Assembly (NCBI GenBank): GCA_024637275.1
Contig: JAGXFS010000104.1
Location: forward strand, 37-64,036
DNA length: 64,000 nt
Source of the DNA: Acidimicrobiia bacterium
Lineage (GTDB): Bacteria > Actinomycetota > Acidimicrobiia > Spongiisociales > JAENVV01
Direction of reading: 5' to 3'
Shown piece by piece: positions 36,808 to 47,856 of the stretch. A program made the translations under genes and the position numbers. The notes beneath the pieces were generated by a model. That model worked only from the letters and a program-made list of their open reading frames with translations. It did not search any database and was not told the origin of the DNA. Every line of letters begins with the position of its first letter. Positions within the stretch are counted from its first letter, which is position 1.

Positions 36808-37833
36808 GTGGGAAAAATCGTAAGTACCCGGCTGATCATTCTCATCGGGTTCACTTTGGTTTTGGCGGCTTGTGGCAGCGCCAATACCGACAATACAAAT
36901 TCTGAGACGCCAGGGGTCGGTTCTTCCGAAGGTACCGCCGGATCCATTGAGGTTTCGGGGTCGTCGACGGTTGAGCCGATCACGGCCTTGGTTCAGGAAG
37001 CATTCGGAGCGGCCAATCCGTCGATAGGCATCTCAGTGGAAGGGCCTGGCACCGGAGACGGTTTTGCGCGTTTCTGTGCAGGGGAAACATCCGTTTCCAA
37101 CGCCTCCCGCCCGATCAAGGATTCTGAGGCCGAAACCTGCGCAGCAGCCGGGATCGAGTACGTGGAGCTTCAAGTGGCCTTCGATGGAATCACGGTTCTG
37201 ACGTCCCCAGAGAACGGTGCCATTAGCTGCCTCGACTACAACGACCTCTACGCCCTGCTTGGGTCCGAGTCCGAAGGGTTCGAGAGCTGGGCAGACGCCA
37301 ATGCCCTGGCGGCCGAACTGGGTGCGGCCAACGCTCCCTACCCGGACGCCCCATTGGTCGTGACCGCGCCGGGCGAAGAATCGGGGACGTTTGACACCTT
37401 TGTCGAACTTGTGATCCAAGATATCGCCGGCGAACGTGGAGCAGAAGAGACGACCAGAGCCGACTATTCGCCCGAGGCCAACGACAATGTCATCGTAAAC
37501 AATCTGTCCTCCAATTCGACTTCACTCGGTTGGGTCGGGTTTGCCTTCTTTGTCGAGAACTCCGATGTGGTCAAAGCCATCGAGGTCGATGGCGGCGAAG
37601 GGTGCGTATCGCCATCGGTCGAGTCGATTGCCGATGGGAGCTACTCGCTAGCGCGTCCTCTGTTCATCTATGTGAAGACGAATGATCTCGACACTGACAC
37701 CGCTCTCGTCGATTTCATCGACTACTACTTGTCAGATGAGGGAATCGCCAATGTGTCGAAGGCTGGCTACGTGACGCTACCCGACGCGCTGTTGAGCGCC
37801 ACTCGGTCGGCATGGGAGTCGGCACGTCCTTGA
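36808..37833 (+). CDS. pstS: Phosphate ABC transporter substrate-binding lipoprotein
   Basis: GTG is preceded by AGGAGAG. Lipobox LAACGS. The PstS motif SGSSTVEP. Followed by pstC, pstA, pstB and phoU. Confidence 0.9.
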   Translation: MGKIVSTRLIILIGFTLVLAACGSANTDNTNSETPGVGSSEGTAGSIEVSGSSTVEPITALVQEAFGAANPSIGISVEGPGTGDGFARFCAGETSVSNASRPIKDSEAETCAAAGIEYVELQVAFDGITVLTSPENGAISCLDYNDLYALLGSESEGFESWADANALAAELGAANAPYPDAPLVVTAPGEESGTFDTFVELVIQDIAGERGAEETTRADYSPEANDNVIVNNLSSNSTSLGWVGFAFFVENSDVVKAIEVDGGEGCVSPSVESIADGSYSLARPLFIYVKTNDLDTDTALVDFIDYYLSDEGIANVSKAGYVTLPDALLSATRSAWESARP

Positions 37834-38747
37834 CATCGCCATCGTCAGTGATTGATCTGAGCGGAGATCCGTCGCGCCAACGCCGGGAGGCGTTGGTGCG
37901 ACGGACGTTCCTGGGGGCGGCAGTCTTCTCGGTTGCGATTAGCGTCGCGATCATCGTGTCGCTGATTGGAGAGGCGGGTTCGTTTCTCGACAAGATCGAC
38001 TTCTCCCAATTCTTTGCCGATGGCTGGTTTCCGCGCCGTGGCCGGTTTCAAGTTATGGCTCTTATCGCCCATTCGGCGATTATCACCGGTGTGGCTGTTG
38101 TTTTGGCTGTGCCCCTCGGGATAGGATCGGCGATCTACCTGTCCGAGTATGCCCGGTCGGGCACCCGGCGTCTGCTCAAGCCCGCCCTTGAGGTCCTAGC
38201 TGGCGTGCCGAGTGTGGTCCTCGGCGTGTTCGCCCTGAACTTCATCACCCCCCAACTCGTCAAGCGGATGTTTTCGACGGCTGAAACATCCAACCTTCTA
38301 GCGGCAGGACTGGGTGTGGGCATCCTGATCGTGCCTCTCGTCGCGTCGATTTCCGAAGACGCCATGCGAGCCGTTCCTGATTCGTTGCGGCAAGCCGCCT
38401 ACGGATTGGGCGCCAAGCCATGGCACGTCAGCTTGCGAGTCGTGGTACCCGCGGCATTATCCGGGATTGTGGCAGCGATCATTTTGGCGGTTTCGCGGGC
38501 CATCGGAGAGACGATGGTTGTGGCTCTCGCGGCCGGCAATGCCGGCATACTGAGCGTGAATCCACTTGAAGGCGGTATCACGCTGACAGGTGCGATCGCA
38601 GCGCTGGCGATCGGGTCCGATCAGGTAGCAGGTGACAATGCTGCCTTCCAAAGTTTGTTCTTCATCGGCCTTCTGTTGTTTGTCATGACGTTTGTTTTGA
38701 ACATCATCTCCGAGCGGGTAGTACGCCGCTACCGGCAGAGGTATTAG
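37812..38747 (+). CDS. pstC: Phosphate ABC transporter permease PstC
   Basis: Polytopic permease with EAA-like loop (SEDAMRAVPDSLRQAAYGLGA); position in the pst operon. Confidence 0.88.
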   Translation: MGVGTSLTSPSSVIDLSGDPSRQRREALVRRTFLGAAVFSVAISVAIIVSLIGEAGSFLDKIDFSQFFADGWFPRRGRFQVMALIAHSAIITGVAVVLAVPLGIGSAIYLSEYARSGTRRLLKPALEVLAGVPSVVLGVFALNFITPQLVKRMFSTAETSNLLAAGLGVGILIVPLVASISEDAMRAVPDSLRQAAYGLGAKPWHVSLRVVVPAALSGIVAAIILAVSRAIGETMVVALAAGNAGILSVNPLEGGITLTGAIAALAIGSDQVAGDNAAFQSLFFIGLLLFVMTFVLNIISERVVRRYRQRY

Positions 38748-38749
38748 AG

Positions 38750-39694
38750 ATGACGACTCGCACTGTCCCGACGACCCCGGATCTGGTAAGAGCAGCCCTG
38801 GCGGGTAGACGTTTCAACCTGGTTGACTCGCTGCTGGCCGGAGCGCTGCTGTTGAGCCTCCTTTCGTCGCTCTTGGTTCTCATCACCCTGCTGGCCGACA
38901 CCGTTCGTACGGCTCTTCCGGTGTTCGCGGACCGGGGTATGGATTTTGTCACGTCCTCATTGTCGGCCGACCCTGCGAAGGCAGGTGTCCTACAGGGCAT
39001 CCTCGGATCCCTGGCCTTGACCGGCTTCGTGTTGATGATTGGTTTTCCGCTCGGAGTGTCGGCGGCAATCTATCTTGAGGAGTACGCCACGGACAACGGG
39101 TTTACGAGATTCATCACCGCCAATGTCCGTAATCTTGCAGGTGTGCCATCGGTCGTGTATGGCATTTTGGGACTGGCACTATTTGTCAATTTGCTCGGTG
39201 GACTGACCAATGGCCGCACGGTTGTTTCCGGGGGGTTGACGCTGACCGTTCTCGTGTTGCCGATCATGATTATCACGACTTCCGAGGCCCTACGGGCTGT
39301 GCCAGGAACCGTCCGAGAGGCGTCGTTTGGGGTGGGAGCGACCAAGTGGGAGACAATTCGCCATCATGTGCTCCCCATCGCCCTTCCGACGATCCTGACC
39401 GGGACTGTCCTGACGGTCGCCCGAGCATTCGGCGAATCGGCGCCTCTGCTACTGGCGGGGGCTCTCGTGACCAATTTTTTTCAGCCGTCGGCGGATGCGT
39501 CGGTCGTTCAGTTGATCACCGATGAACGCTATACCGCGCTACCGCTGGTGGTGTTCAACTGGGCGCGGCAACCCCAGGAGGAATTCGTCCAACTAACTGC
39601 CGCGGCGGTGGTCGTTCTATTGGTGCTTTTGCTGAGTGTCAACGCCACGACGATCCTCCTGCGAGATCGATTCGAGATGAAGGCGCTACGATGA
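38750..39694 (+). CDS. pstA: Phosphate ABC transporter permease PstA
   Basis: Polytopic permease with EAA-like loop ([21 protein letters not shown]); position in the pst operon. Confidence 0.88.
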   Translation: MTTRTVPTTPDLVRAALAGRRFNLVDSLLAGALLLSLLSSLLVLITLLADTVRTALPVFADRGMDFVTSSLSADPAKAGVLQGILGSLALTGFVLMIGFPLGVSAAIYLEEYATDNGFTRFITANVRNLAGVPSVVYGILGLALFVNLLGGLTNGRTVVSGGLTLTVLVLPIMIITTSEALRAVPGTVREASFGVGATKWETIRHHVLPIALPTILTGTVLTVARAFGESAPLLLAGALVTNFFQPSADASVVQLITDERYTALPLVVFNWARQPQEEFVQLTAAAVVVLLVLLLSVNATTILLRDRFEMKALR

Positions 39695-40539
39695 CCAGTC
39701 GAATGCCCGCTCAACACCTATCCGAAACGGTCGACCCTCAATCCAGTGATTCCGTGGATCCGGACGCGGGGATCCTGGTTGCCCGGGACCTCACCGTGCA
39801 TTACGGGTCGTTTCCGGCGATCAAAGACGTTTCGATGGCGGTGCAGCCGAACCAGATCACGGCACTGATCGGCCCGTCCGGATGCGGGAAGTCGACCATG
39901 CTGCGATGTTTCAATCGCATGAACGACCTGATCGAATCAGCCGCGGTGACGGGCCGTCTGACGTACCACGGGGTTGACCTGTATTCACCAGAGGTCGACC
40001 CGGTTCAGGTGCGCCGTCACATCGGCATGGTGTTTCAGAAGCCGAATCCTTTTCCTAAGTCGATCTACGCCAATATTGCTTTCGGGGCGAAGATTGCTGG
40101 TATCAAGACCGGACTGGATCAGTTAGTCGAAGAGTCGTTGACGAAAGCAGCGTTGTGGGAAGAGGTGAAGGACAAGCTTCACGAATCGGCCAATGCGTTG
40201 TCGGGTGGACAGCAGCAACGCCTCTGCATTGCCAGAGCCATCGCAACCAGTCCTGACGTGGTTCTGATGGATGAGCCAGCATCGGCACTTGATCCAATCG
40301 CTACCCTCCGCATCGAGGAATTGATGACTGAGCTTAAGCGGGAGTACACGATCATCGTCGTGACCCACAATATGCAGCAGGCGGCCCGTGTCTCGGACCG
40401 GACTGCGTTCTTCAACGTCAGCGTTTCCGACGACGGTCACCGTACGGGAAGGCTCGTCGAATTCGACGACACCACGACCATTTTCACGAACCCACGTGAG
40501 AAATCCACGGAGGACTACATCACAGGGAGGTTCGGGTGA
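39691..40539 (+). CDS. pstB: Phosphate ABC transporter ATP-binding protein PstB
   Basis: Walker [10 protein letters not shown], signature LSGGQQQRL, Walker [12 protein letters not shown], and the PstB-specific C-terminus. Confidence 0.92.
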   Translation: MTSRMPAQHLSETVDPQSSDSVDPDAGILVARDLTVHYGSFPAIKDVSMAVQPNQITALIGPSGCGKSTMLRCFNRMNDLIESAAVTGRLTYHGVDLYSPEVDPVQVRRHIGMVFQKPNPFPKSIYANIAFGAKIAGIKTGLDQLVEESLTKAALWEEVKDKLHESANALSGGQQQRLCIARAIATSPDVVLMDEPASALDPIATLRIEELMTELKREYTIIVVTHNMQQAARVSDRTAFFNVSVSDDGHRTGRLVEFDDTTTIFTNPREKSTEDYITGRFG

Positions 40540-41222
40540 GCGATCAGAGACGCAGTTTTCATGAGCATCTGGACGACATGGTCGAGGAGGTCGTGTCGAT
40601 GGGCATGTATGCGCGTGATATGGTCGAACGGGCCGGCCGGGCGCTCGTAAGCCGGGATGCGATCGGTGCTCAGCAAGTCATCAAAGACGACGACCCACTC
40701 GACTTGCGATACCTCAAGCTGGAGGAGGCCTGGCTGCAGACCATGGCCCTCCAGACTCCGGTAGCCAGCGACTTGCGGGTTATGTCGGTGGTCCTGCACG
40801 CTGGCCATTCCGTTGAACGCATCGGCGACCAGGCGGTGAGTACCGCCCGTGCCGTGCGAGCGACCATTGGGATGCCGTCGCAGGCTCAAGTGTTGGCGAC
40901 GGTGGCGGAGATTGTCGACCTGGTCTGCCCCATGGTCGATACCGCGTTGGATTCACTGGAGCGGCGTGACCTCGACATGGCCATGTCGGTGCCGACGATG
41001 GGTCGCCCCGTTGAACGCCTGGAACGGTCGATGTATTCTCTCGTCGCCAAGTGCCGTGAAGACGAAGAACAGCTCGAATGGGCCGTGCGGATGACGGTTG
41101 TTGCTCGGAACCTCGGACGGGTGGGTGCGCGGGCGGTGGACATAGCTGAGCAGGTCGCGTTCCTCCTCTCTGGCGTCTTTCGCGAGTTCACATCGGAGGA
41201 CTGGGATCCAGGGACCGGTTGA
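40536..41222 (+). CDS. phoU: Phosphate signalling complex protein PhoU
   Basis: Two PhoU repeats with conserved E/D…R…ERIGD motifs ([13 protein letters not shown]). Follows pstB. GTG start. Confidence 0.88.
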   Translation: MSDQRRSFHEHLDDMVEEVVSMGMYARDMVERAGRALVSRDAIGAQQVIKDDDPLDLRYLKLEEAWLQTMALQTPVASDLRVMSVVLHAGHSVERIGDQAVSTARAVRATIGMPSQAQVLATVAEIVDLVCPMVDTALDSLERRDLDMAMSVPTMGRPVERLERSMYSLVAKCREDEEQLEWAVRMTVVARNLGRVGARAVDIAEQVAFLLSGVFREFTSEDWDPGTG

Positions 41223-41911
41223 TGGCCACAAGTAGGACCGTCCTGGTTATTGAAGACGAACCGGCGCTATCGGACGCAATCAAGTACAGCCTTGAACGAG
41301 ACGGCTATGACGTGTACGTTGCCGATGACGGAATCGCTGGGCTGGAGTTGTTGAGAACTCATAATCCGGATGTCGTTCTTCTTGACTTGATGCTGCCGTC
41401 GCTCTCGGGATTGGATGTTTTGCGTACCCTACGAACCAGGTCGTCGGTTCCCGTGATCATCGTGACTGCCAAGGACAGTGAAGGTGACAAGGTTGCCGGC
41501 TTGGAGCTCGGAGCCGACGACTACGTCACAAAACCGTTCTCGATGCGCGAGTTGGTTGCCAGAGTTGGCGCCAATTTGCGACGCTCCTCCGTTCAGGTCG
41601 AGTCTGACGACGTCGTTCTGGTGGGCGGAGACGTCAAAGTCGACGTCGGGCGGCATGTGACCACCGTGCGGGGCAAGGAAGTCGAACTTCGCCCCAAGGA
41701 ATTCGCCCTTCTGGAACTGTTGCTCATGCGAGGGGGCAAACTGGTTACGCGCGATGATCTGATCGCTGAGGTCTGGGGGTATGACTATTTCGGTGATACC
41801 AAAACCCTCGATGTTCATATCAAACGGCTTCGGTCGAAGATTGAAGTCGACCCGAAACATCCTGAATACATCGTGACGGTACGAGGTATGGGGTATAAGT
41901 TCTCTCTATGA
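41219..41911 (+). CDS. OmpR/PhoB-family response regulator (likely phosphate-regulon regulator, RegX3/PhoP-like)
   Basis: Receiver domain (VLVIEDEP...D...LLDLMLP...K) plus a winged-helix C-terminus (…LDVHIKRLRSKIE…VRGMGYKF). Located directly after phoU and before a PAS histidine kinase. Confidence 0.85.
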   Translation: MMATSRTVLVIEDEPALSDAIKYSLERDGYDVYVADDGIAGLELLRTHNPDVVLLDLMLPSLSGLDVLRTLRTRSSVPVIIVTAKDSEGDKVAGLELGADDYVTKPFSMRELVARVGANLRRSSVQVESDDVVLVGGDVKVDVGRHVTTVRGKEVELRPKEFALLELLLMRGGKLVTRDDLIAEVWGYDYFGDTKTLDVHIKRLRSKIEVDPKHPEYIVTVRGMGYKFSL

Positions 41912-43605
41912 GGGGTGGCCTGGGTACCAAACTGGCCGTTTCCTACGTCGCGGCGGTCGTAACGGTCTTTGTGGTTACGGCACTTTTGATCGACCAGGCG
42001 GCCCGCGATGGCTTCATCGATGAGTTGATGACCACAACCCAGGCTGAGAGTCAGGCGGTGGCGGTGGCCCTCGATACCGGCCCTGTCGAGCCTACGGTCG
42101 AACAGCTGGCTACCTCGCTGGGCGTGCGAATAACCGTAATCAAGGTAGATGGCACGGTCGAAGCTGACTCTTCGGTGGACCCCGCCGTTATGGACAGCCA
42201 CAACGATCGGCCCGAAGTGATAGCTGCCCGGGCGAACGGCATGGGAACCTCTCTTCGGTTTAGCGAGACCATCGAGCAGGACCTCCTGTACGTTGCGGTA
42301 CTCGATGGTGATCGGGTCGTTCGGCTGGCAGTGCCCCTCGATGAAGTGAACGACCGGATGCTGCCGGTCCGTCTGCGAGCCGTGCTCGGAATCGTCGTCG
42401 TCACCATTGCCGGCCTGATCGTCGTGAGCGTTCTTGGGAGGCGAACCGAGCGGGTTATGCAGTCTCTTACGACCTCGGTCGCCGGCATGGCCGCCGGTCA
42501 ATCGCCAGAAGATGCGCTTGATGACGAAGTGTTGCACAAGTCGCCTGATGTTGCGGAGTTGTCCGAAGCGGTCCGCTCCATGTCTGAGCAGATCCGGTCA
42601 AGAGTCGGTGAGCTCGAGAGTGAGCAAGACCTCCGTGACCGCGTCCTGGAGGCGCTAGAAGAGGGAGTCCTGCTGCTGCGGGCAGGGCAGATCGATTACG
42701 CGAATGCGGCGGCGCGGCGATTGCTGGGCTCTGCCATCTCGGATGATGGTCGGCTGCGCCATCACCTTCTCGTGCGTATGGCGGCTGAACAAAGGGGACC
42801 CGATCGCATTCCACTCGGCAGCCGGGTTGTCGAGGTGGTAATTGGTTCGTCGGCCGATCAGGCGGTCGTGGTTCTGCGCGATGTGACGGATCGCGTACGA
42901 ACCGAGGCGATCAGGCGTGACTTTGTCGCGGATGCTTCCCACGAACTGAAGACGCCAGTCGCCGCCATTCAAGCCGCAGCCGAAACGATCCAAAGCGCCG
43001 TGGAGGACGGCGATATCGCCGCCGTATCGCACTTCAGTCAGCAGATCGAAGCTTCGGCGCTCCGGCTGGGTCGGATCGTGTCCGACCTGTTGGACCTGTC
43101 TCGCCTTGAGGCACAGAGTCTTGAGGTGCACCCCGTCGATTTGTCAACAGTTGTCAGCGAAGAGCTTGGCGCCGCCGCATTAGGACACGTGAGCGTTACA
43201 ACGGAGCTCGAACCGATCATCGTGCAGTTGAGTCGCCCCGACATAGCATTGGCCGTCCAGAATCTCCTGAGCAATGCCGGGCGGCATACCGATCCTGGTG
43301 GCGCAGTGCACGTGGCCGTGACCCACGATGGCGGAGAAGCCATCATTTCTGTGAGCGATACGGGCGTCGGCATACCGGCTCGGGATCTGCCACGAATCTT
43401 TGAGCGTTTCTACCGGGTGGATGCAGCTCGTTCACGCCAAACCGGAGCCACTGGACTCGGACTGGCGATCGTCCGGCACGTGGCCGAGAGGCACCGGGGT
43501 TCGGTCGAGGTTGTCAGTGAGCTGGGGGTCGGCTCGACGTTCCGAATTCACTTACCGCTCGATTCGGACGCTTCGGATCCTTTCGGTGCGGCACCGGTCC
43601 CGTGA
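41908..43605 (+). CDS. Sensor histidine kinase (PhoR/SenX3-like; TM + PAS + HisKA + HATPase_c)
   Basis: H-box ASHELKTPVAAI, N-box LLSNAGRHT, and G-boxes DTGVGI and GATGLGLAIV. An N-terminal TM segment and a PAS-like segment. Confidence 0.88.
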   Translation: MRGGLGTKLAVSYVAAVVTVFVVTALLIDQAARDGFIDELMTTTQAESQAVAVALDTGPVEPTVEQLATSLGVRITVIKVDGTVEADSSVDPAVMDSHNDRPEVIAARANGMGTSLRFSETIEQDLLYVAVLDGDRVVRLAVPLDEVNDRMLPVRLRAVLGIVVVTIAGLIVVSVLGRRTERVMQSLTTSVAGMAAGQSPEDALDDEVLHKSPDVAELSEAVRSMSEQIRSRVGELESEQDLRDRVLEALEEGVLLLRAGQIDYANAAARRLLGSAISDDGRLRHHLLVRMAAEQRGPDRIPLGSRVVEVVIGSSADQAVVVLRDVTDRVRTEAIRRDFVADASHELKTPVAAIQAAAETIQSAVEDGDIAAVSHFSQQIEASALRLGRIVSDLLDLSRLEAQSLEVHPVDLSTVVSEELGAAALGHVSVTTELEPIIVQLSRPDIALAVQNLLSNAGRHTDPGGAVHVAVTHDGGEAIISVSDTGVGIPARDLPRIFERFYRVDAARSRQTGATGLGLAIVRHVAERHRGSVEVVSELGVGSTFRIHLPLDSDASDPFGAAPVP

Positions 43606-43627
43606 TCGATCCGGGTAGCCTCGGATT

Positions 43628-44311
43628 GTGAGCGTTCCGAAACTTCGAAAAGCCATCCAGCGGAATCCACCGGGTTTGGCCTTCGAACGCGATCACTGGG
43701 ATGCCGGTCGGTCGGTGGTCGCCGGTATCGACGAGGTGGGTCGGGGATCGTGGGCTGGTCCCTTGACGGTGGTGGCCGCCATAGCTCCCCGGGACCGTCG
43801 CCTCTACAAGGTTCGCGATTCGAAAATGCTATCCGAGTCAGAACGTGAGGCGATCTACGATCGGATTGCCAGCTGGGTCGAAGGTTGGGCCGTGGGACAT
43901 GCGTCGCCCCAAGAATGCGACACCCTCGGAATGTCGGAGGCTCAGCGTTTGGCTACGAGAAGGGCGCTCGGGGGACTGCCCGTCGCTGTCGATGCCGTGC
44001 TGGTCGACGGAAACTGGGATTTCGTTGGGCATCCTCGTACGCAGACCATCATCAAAGGTGACGCCAAGTCGTTGTCAATCGCGGCCGCTTCGATCCTTGC
44101 GAAGGTGACGCGTGATCGGATGATGCGCGTTGCGTCCGAGCACTACCCGGTATATTCGTTTGAGGACAACAAGGGTTATCCCTGTCCCAGACACAAGGCG
44201 GCACTGTCCGGGTATGGCCCGTCGCCGATCCATCGCAAGTCCTGGGTATTCATGGATCATCTTCCGTGGAACGGCCTGGAACGCGTCGGCTCGCAGGATC
44301 GCCTGTTCTGA
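43628..44311 (+). CDS. rnhB: Ribonuclease HII
   Basis: Catalytic motif VAGIDEVGRGSWAGPLTVVAA and DSK motif (VRDSKMLSESER). GTG start. Confidence 0.9.
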   Translation: MSVPKLRKAIQRNPPGLAFERDHWDAGRSVVAGIDEVGRGSWAGPLTVVAAIAPRDRRLYKVRDSKMLSESEREAIYDRIASWVEGWAVGHASPQECDTLGMSEAQRLATRRALGGLPVAVDAVLVDGNWDFVGHPRTQTIIKGDAKSLSIAAASILAKVTRDRMMRVASEHYPVYSFEDNKGYPCPRHKAALSGYGPSPIHRKSWVFMDHLPWNGLERVGSQDRLF

Positions 44312-44378
44312 CTGGCTCCACCGTCGGCAGACTCTGTTGTGTGCCGATAGTGTTGTACGAACGACGATGAGGGTGATA

Positions 44379-47039
44379 ATGGCGGGAACGTGGGTATTTG
44401 ACTTCGAAACCGGTGATCCGGGCGATAAAGCCGCGCTCGGTGGGAAGGGCGCGGCGTTGTCAAGTATGACCCAGGCCAACCTGCCGGTGCCCCCAGGATT
44501 CACGATCACCACGGACGCATGCCGCTCGTACCAAGATGAAAGCGTTTTCCCGGATCTCATGTGGGGCGAAGTCGAGGAAGCTATCAAACGGTTGGAGGCT
44601 TCGACTGGCAAGGAATTCGGATCCGCCACCAACCCCTTGTTGGTGTCAGTTCGATCCGGCGCAGCGGTATCCATGCCCGGAATGATGGACACAGTCCTCA
44701 ACCTCGGTATCAACGAGTCGGCCAGAGTCGGGTTGGCCAAGGTGACCGGTGACGAGCAGTTCGCTTGGGATTCCTATCGTCGCTTCATAACCATGTTCGG
44801 TGAGATCGTTCTCGGCGTAGCCCCTGAGCGGTTTGAGGGAGCCGTCAACGCGACGCTGCAGAACAACGATTGCGATGCTCCCGGAAATCTTCCCGCCGAG
44901 GCGTTGGCTGGTCTCGTGGAACGTCTCAAAGCCATTGTGTACGGCCAATCCCGGCATGAAGTTCCCGACGACCCGTATGAACAACTTCGCTTGACGGTCG
45001 GTGCGGTATTCGACTCATGGTCGAACAAGCGAGCGCAGGACTACCGCAACCTCAATGGTATCCCCCACAATATGGGCACGGCCGTAAACGTTCAGTCGAT
45101 GGTTTTCGGAAATAGCGGCGAGAACTCGGGGACCGGAGTGGCTTTCACCCGGAATCCCACTACCGGCGAAGCGGCGCTGTTCGGGGAGTTCCTTCCTGAT
45201 GCCCAGGGTGAGGACGTGGTTGCCGGTATGAGAACTCCGTTGCCGATTGCTCATATGGCCGAACGCTTTCCCGATGCCTATAAGCAACTGGTCGAGATCG
45301 CCAACCGCCTGGAGACGCATTATGGCGATATGCAGGATCTTGAGTTCACCGTCGAGAACGGCAAGTTGTGGATGCTTCAAACCCGGTCGGGCAAGCGGAC
45401 CGGTCGGGCGGCCGTCAAGATCGCCGTCGACATGGCCGCTTCTGGCCTCATCAATGAGCAGGAGGCCGTTCTCCGGGTGTCGGCCGACCAACTCGAACAG
45501 TTGCTGCATCCGCTTATCGATCCATCTGTCGAGGTCGAAGTGATCGGTACCGGACTGCCTGCCTCGCCGGGCGCCGTGTCGGGACAAATCGTCCTTACGG
45601 CCGACGCGGCGGTGGATCTTGCTGAGGCAGGTACCCCGGTGATCCTGGTTCGTCACGAAACGAATCCCGATGACTTCCATGGCATGGTGGCCTCTCGAGC
45701 CACCTTGACGGCCCGGGGCGGCGTGACGTCTCACGCGGCGGTGGTGGCGCGAGGTATGGGTAAGTCGTGCGTGGTCGGATGCACGAGCATGCGTGTTGAT
45801 TTCGAGAAACGTCTCGTCCGTTTTGACCATGTGGTGTTGTCCGAGGGCGATTGGATCACCGTCGATGGCAACACGGGGCGAGTGCTGGCGGGCCAGGTTG
45901 CGACGATTGAGCCCGAAACCGACGCCGATTTCGATTTGCTGATGGGGTGGGCTGACAGTCACCGCACGCTGGGCGTTCGCGCCAATGCGGACACACCCGA
46001 AGATGCGGCGGAGGCCCGCCGCCTGGGGGCCCAGGGGATCGGACTGTGCCGTACGGAACACATGTTCTTTGGTGACGAGCGAATCGCCGCAATGCGCGAG
46101 ATGATTATGGCCTCGAACGAGGTTTCCCGCCGCGAGGCACTCGGGAAATTGGAGCCGTATCAGACCGCAGATTTCGAGGGGATCTTCACGGCGATGGACG
46201 GGTTTCCAGTCACGATTCGACTGCTCGACCCCCCACTTCACGAGTTCCTACCGAATGAATCGGAACTGGCTAGAGAGTTGACCGATCTGAAGCTGCGGCT
46301 TCGGCGAGTCAATGGACTTGACAAGATCGACCGGCTTCTCGAAGAGATACACGAACGGGAGGTTGTCATCGCCCAGGTGCAGCGTCTGGCTGAGGAGAAC
46401 CCGATGCTCGGGCACCGTGGGTGCCGGTTGGCGCTCACGTATCCCGAGGTGACCGAGATGCAGGCGAGAGCGTTGTTTACGGCTGCAGTTCGATGCGTCG
46501 ATCGGGGGATTTCGGTGCTGCCGGAGGTAATGGTCCCCCTGGTTGGCTTCGAACCGGAACTTCGCAATCAAGCTGACCTGATCCGCTCGATTGCCGAAGA
46601 GGTCTTCGTCTATCACGGCCTCCGGGTCGATTACATGGTCGGAACCATGGTTGAGTTGCCACGTGCCTGCCTTATGGCTGATGAACTGGCCACGGTTGCC
46701 GAGTTCTTCTCATTCGGCACGAATGACCTCACCCAGATGACGCTTGGCATGAGCCGCGACGATTCCAGCCGGTTTTTGCCCGGGTACGTGCAGCGCGGTG
46801 TCATACCGGCGGACCCATTCCAGACGCTCGACGTATCGGGCGTTGGTCAGCTGATTCGCCTCGGGGTCGAGCGCGGTCGAGCCTCGCGCCCTGGCATGAA
46901 GATCGGAGTCTGTGGCGAGCACGGAGGAGATGCGGCCTCGATCGCGTTTTGCCATGAGGTCGGCCTCGACTACGTGTCGTGCTCGACTTACCGGGTGCCA
47001 GTCGCCCGTCTGGCGGCCGCCCACGCGGCTCTTGCCTAG
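44379..47039 (+). CDS. ppdK: Pyruvate, phosphate dikinase
   Basis: N-terminus WVFDFETGDPGDKAALGGKGAALSSM, the phospho-His region GGVTSHAAVVARGMGKSCVVGC, and a C-terminal PEP-utilising TIM barrel with FFSFGTNDLTQ. ATG 44379 is chosen; an earlier in-frame ATG 44367 is possible. Confidence 0.92.
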   Translation: MAGTWVFDFETGDPGDKAALGGKGAALSSMTQANLPVPPGFTITTDACRSYQDESVFPDLMWGEVEEAIKRLEASTGKEFGSATNPLLVSVRSGAAVSMPGMMDTVLNLGINESARVGLAKVTGDEQFAWDSYRRFITMFGEIVLGVAPERFEGAVNATLQNNDCDAPGNLPAEALAGLVERLKAIVYGQSRHEVPDDPYEQLRLTVGAVFDSWSNKRAQDYRNLNGIPHNMGTAVNVQSMVFGNSGENSGTGVAFTRNPTTGEAALFGEFLPDAQGEDVVAGMRTPLPIAHMAERFPDAYKQLVEIANRLETHYGDMQDLEFTVENGKLWMLQTRSGKRTGRAAVKIAVDMAASGLINEQEAVLRVSADQLEQLLHPLIDPSVEVEVIGTGLPASPGAVSGQIVLTADAAVDLAEAGTPVILVRHETNPDDFHGMVASRATLTARGGVTSHAAVVARGMGKSCVVGCTSMRVDFEKRLVRFDHVVLSEGDWITVDGNTGRVLAGQVATIEPETDADFDLLMGWADSHRTLGVRANADTPEDAAEARRLGAQGIGLCRTEHMFFGDERIAAMREMIMASNEVSRREALGKLEPYQTADFEGIFTAMDGFPVTIRLLDPPLHEFLPNESELARELTDLKLRLRRVNGLDKIDRLLEEIHEREVVIAQVQRLAEENPMLGHRGCRLALTYPEVTEMQARALFTAAVRCVDRGISVLPEVMVPLVGFEPELRNQADLIRSIAEEVFVYHGLRVDYMVGTMVELPRACLMADELATVAEFFSFGTNDLTQMTLGMSRDDSSRFLPGYVQRGVIPADPFQTLDVSGVGQLIRLGVERGRASRPGMKIGVCGEHGGDAASIAFCHEVGLDYVSCSTYRVPVARLAAAHAALA

Positions 47040-47071
47040 CCCGATACCCGCAATCTGAGGAGGAAGTCAAC

Positions 47072-47845
47072 GTGGACTATGAACATCTCGTGGTAACCGA
47101 GCTTGAGCAGTTCACCCGCGTGGAGATGGCCATACCTGGCCGGCGCAACGCGCTTTCCGAATCCCACCTGCGCGAACTGCTGGCGGCGTTCCAGCACGTC
47201 GGGAAGTCCAAGACACGCGGAGCGATCCTATCGGCCCAAGGTCCGGTGTTCTCGGCGGGTCATGACTTCGGTGACATGGTGACCCGGGATCTGACGGCCA
47301 CGAAGGAAATTCTCGGCGTGTGCGCTGAGGTCATGCAAGTCCTCCAATCCATACCCCAGGTCGTGATTGCTCAAGTGGAAGGTCTCGCAACGGCGGCTGG
47401 CTGCCAACTGGTTGCCTCATGCGACTTGGCCGTGGCGGGGGAGTCAAGCCACTTTCAACTTCCTGGCGGACGGGGCGGATGGTTCTGTACGACACCGGGG
47501 GTGGCCGTCGGTCGGGCCATTGGCCGAAAGCATGCCCTGGAAATGCTCCTGACCGGTGACCCGATCGATGCCCCAACGGCGTTGGCCTGGGGGCTGGTCA
47601 ATCGGGTTGTGGCCGACGATCAGGTCGCCGAAGCGACCGAGGAGCTACTGGGACGAGCGACGAGAGGGAGTGCATTGTCGAAAGCCATCGGCAAACAGGC
47701 CTTTTACCGGCAGATGGATATGGATCTGCGTTCGGCGTACGACTATGCAACCGAAGTGATGGCCGGTGCGTCTCAAACTGACGATGCACAAGAGAACATG
47801 AGGGCATTCGTCGAGAAACGTAAGCCAGTGTTCACTGACAGCTAG
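47072..47845 (+). CDS. Enoyl-CoA hydratase/isomerase family protein
   Basis: GTG 47072 is preceded by a strong SD GAGGAGGAAG. Crotonase-fold motifs (…NALS…FSAGHDF…A…EGLATAAGCQLV…) with conserved Glu residues. Confidence 0.85.
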   Translation: MDYEHLVVTELEQFTRVEMAIPGRRNALSESHLRELLAAFQHVGKSKTRGAILSAQGPVFSAGHDFGDMVTRDLTATKEILGVCAEVMQVLQSIPQVVIAQVEGLATAAGCQLVASCDLAVAGESSHFQLPGGRGGWFCTTPGVAVGRAIGRKHALEMLLTGDPIDAPTALAWGLVNRVVADDQVAEATEELLGRATRGSALSKAIGKQAFYRQMDMDLRSAYDYATEVMAGASQTDDAQENMRAFVEKRKPVFTDS

Positions 47846-47856
47846 GGGGGTCAGCC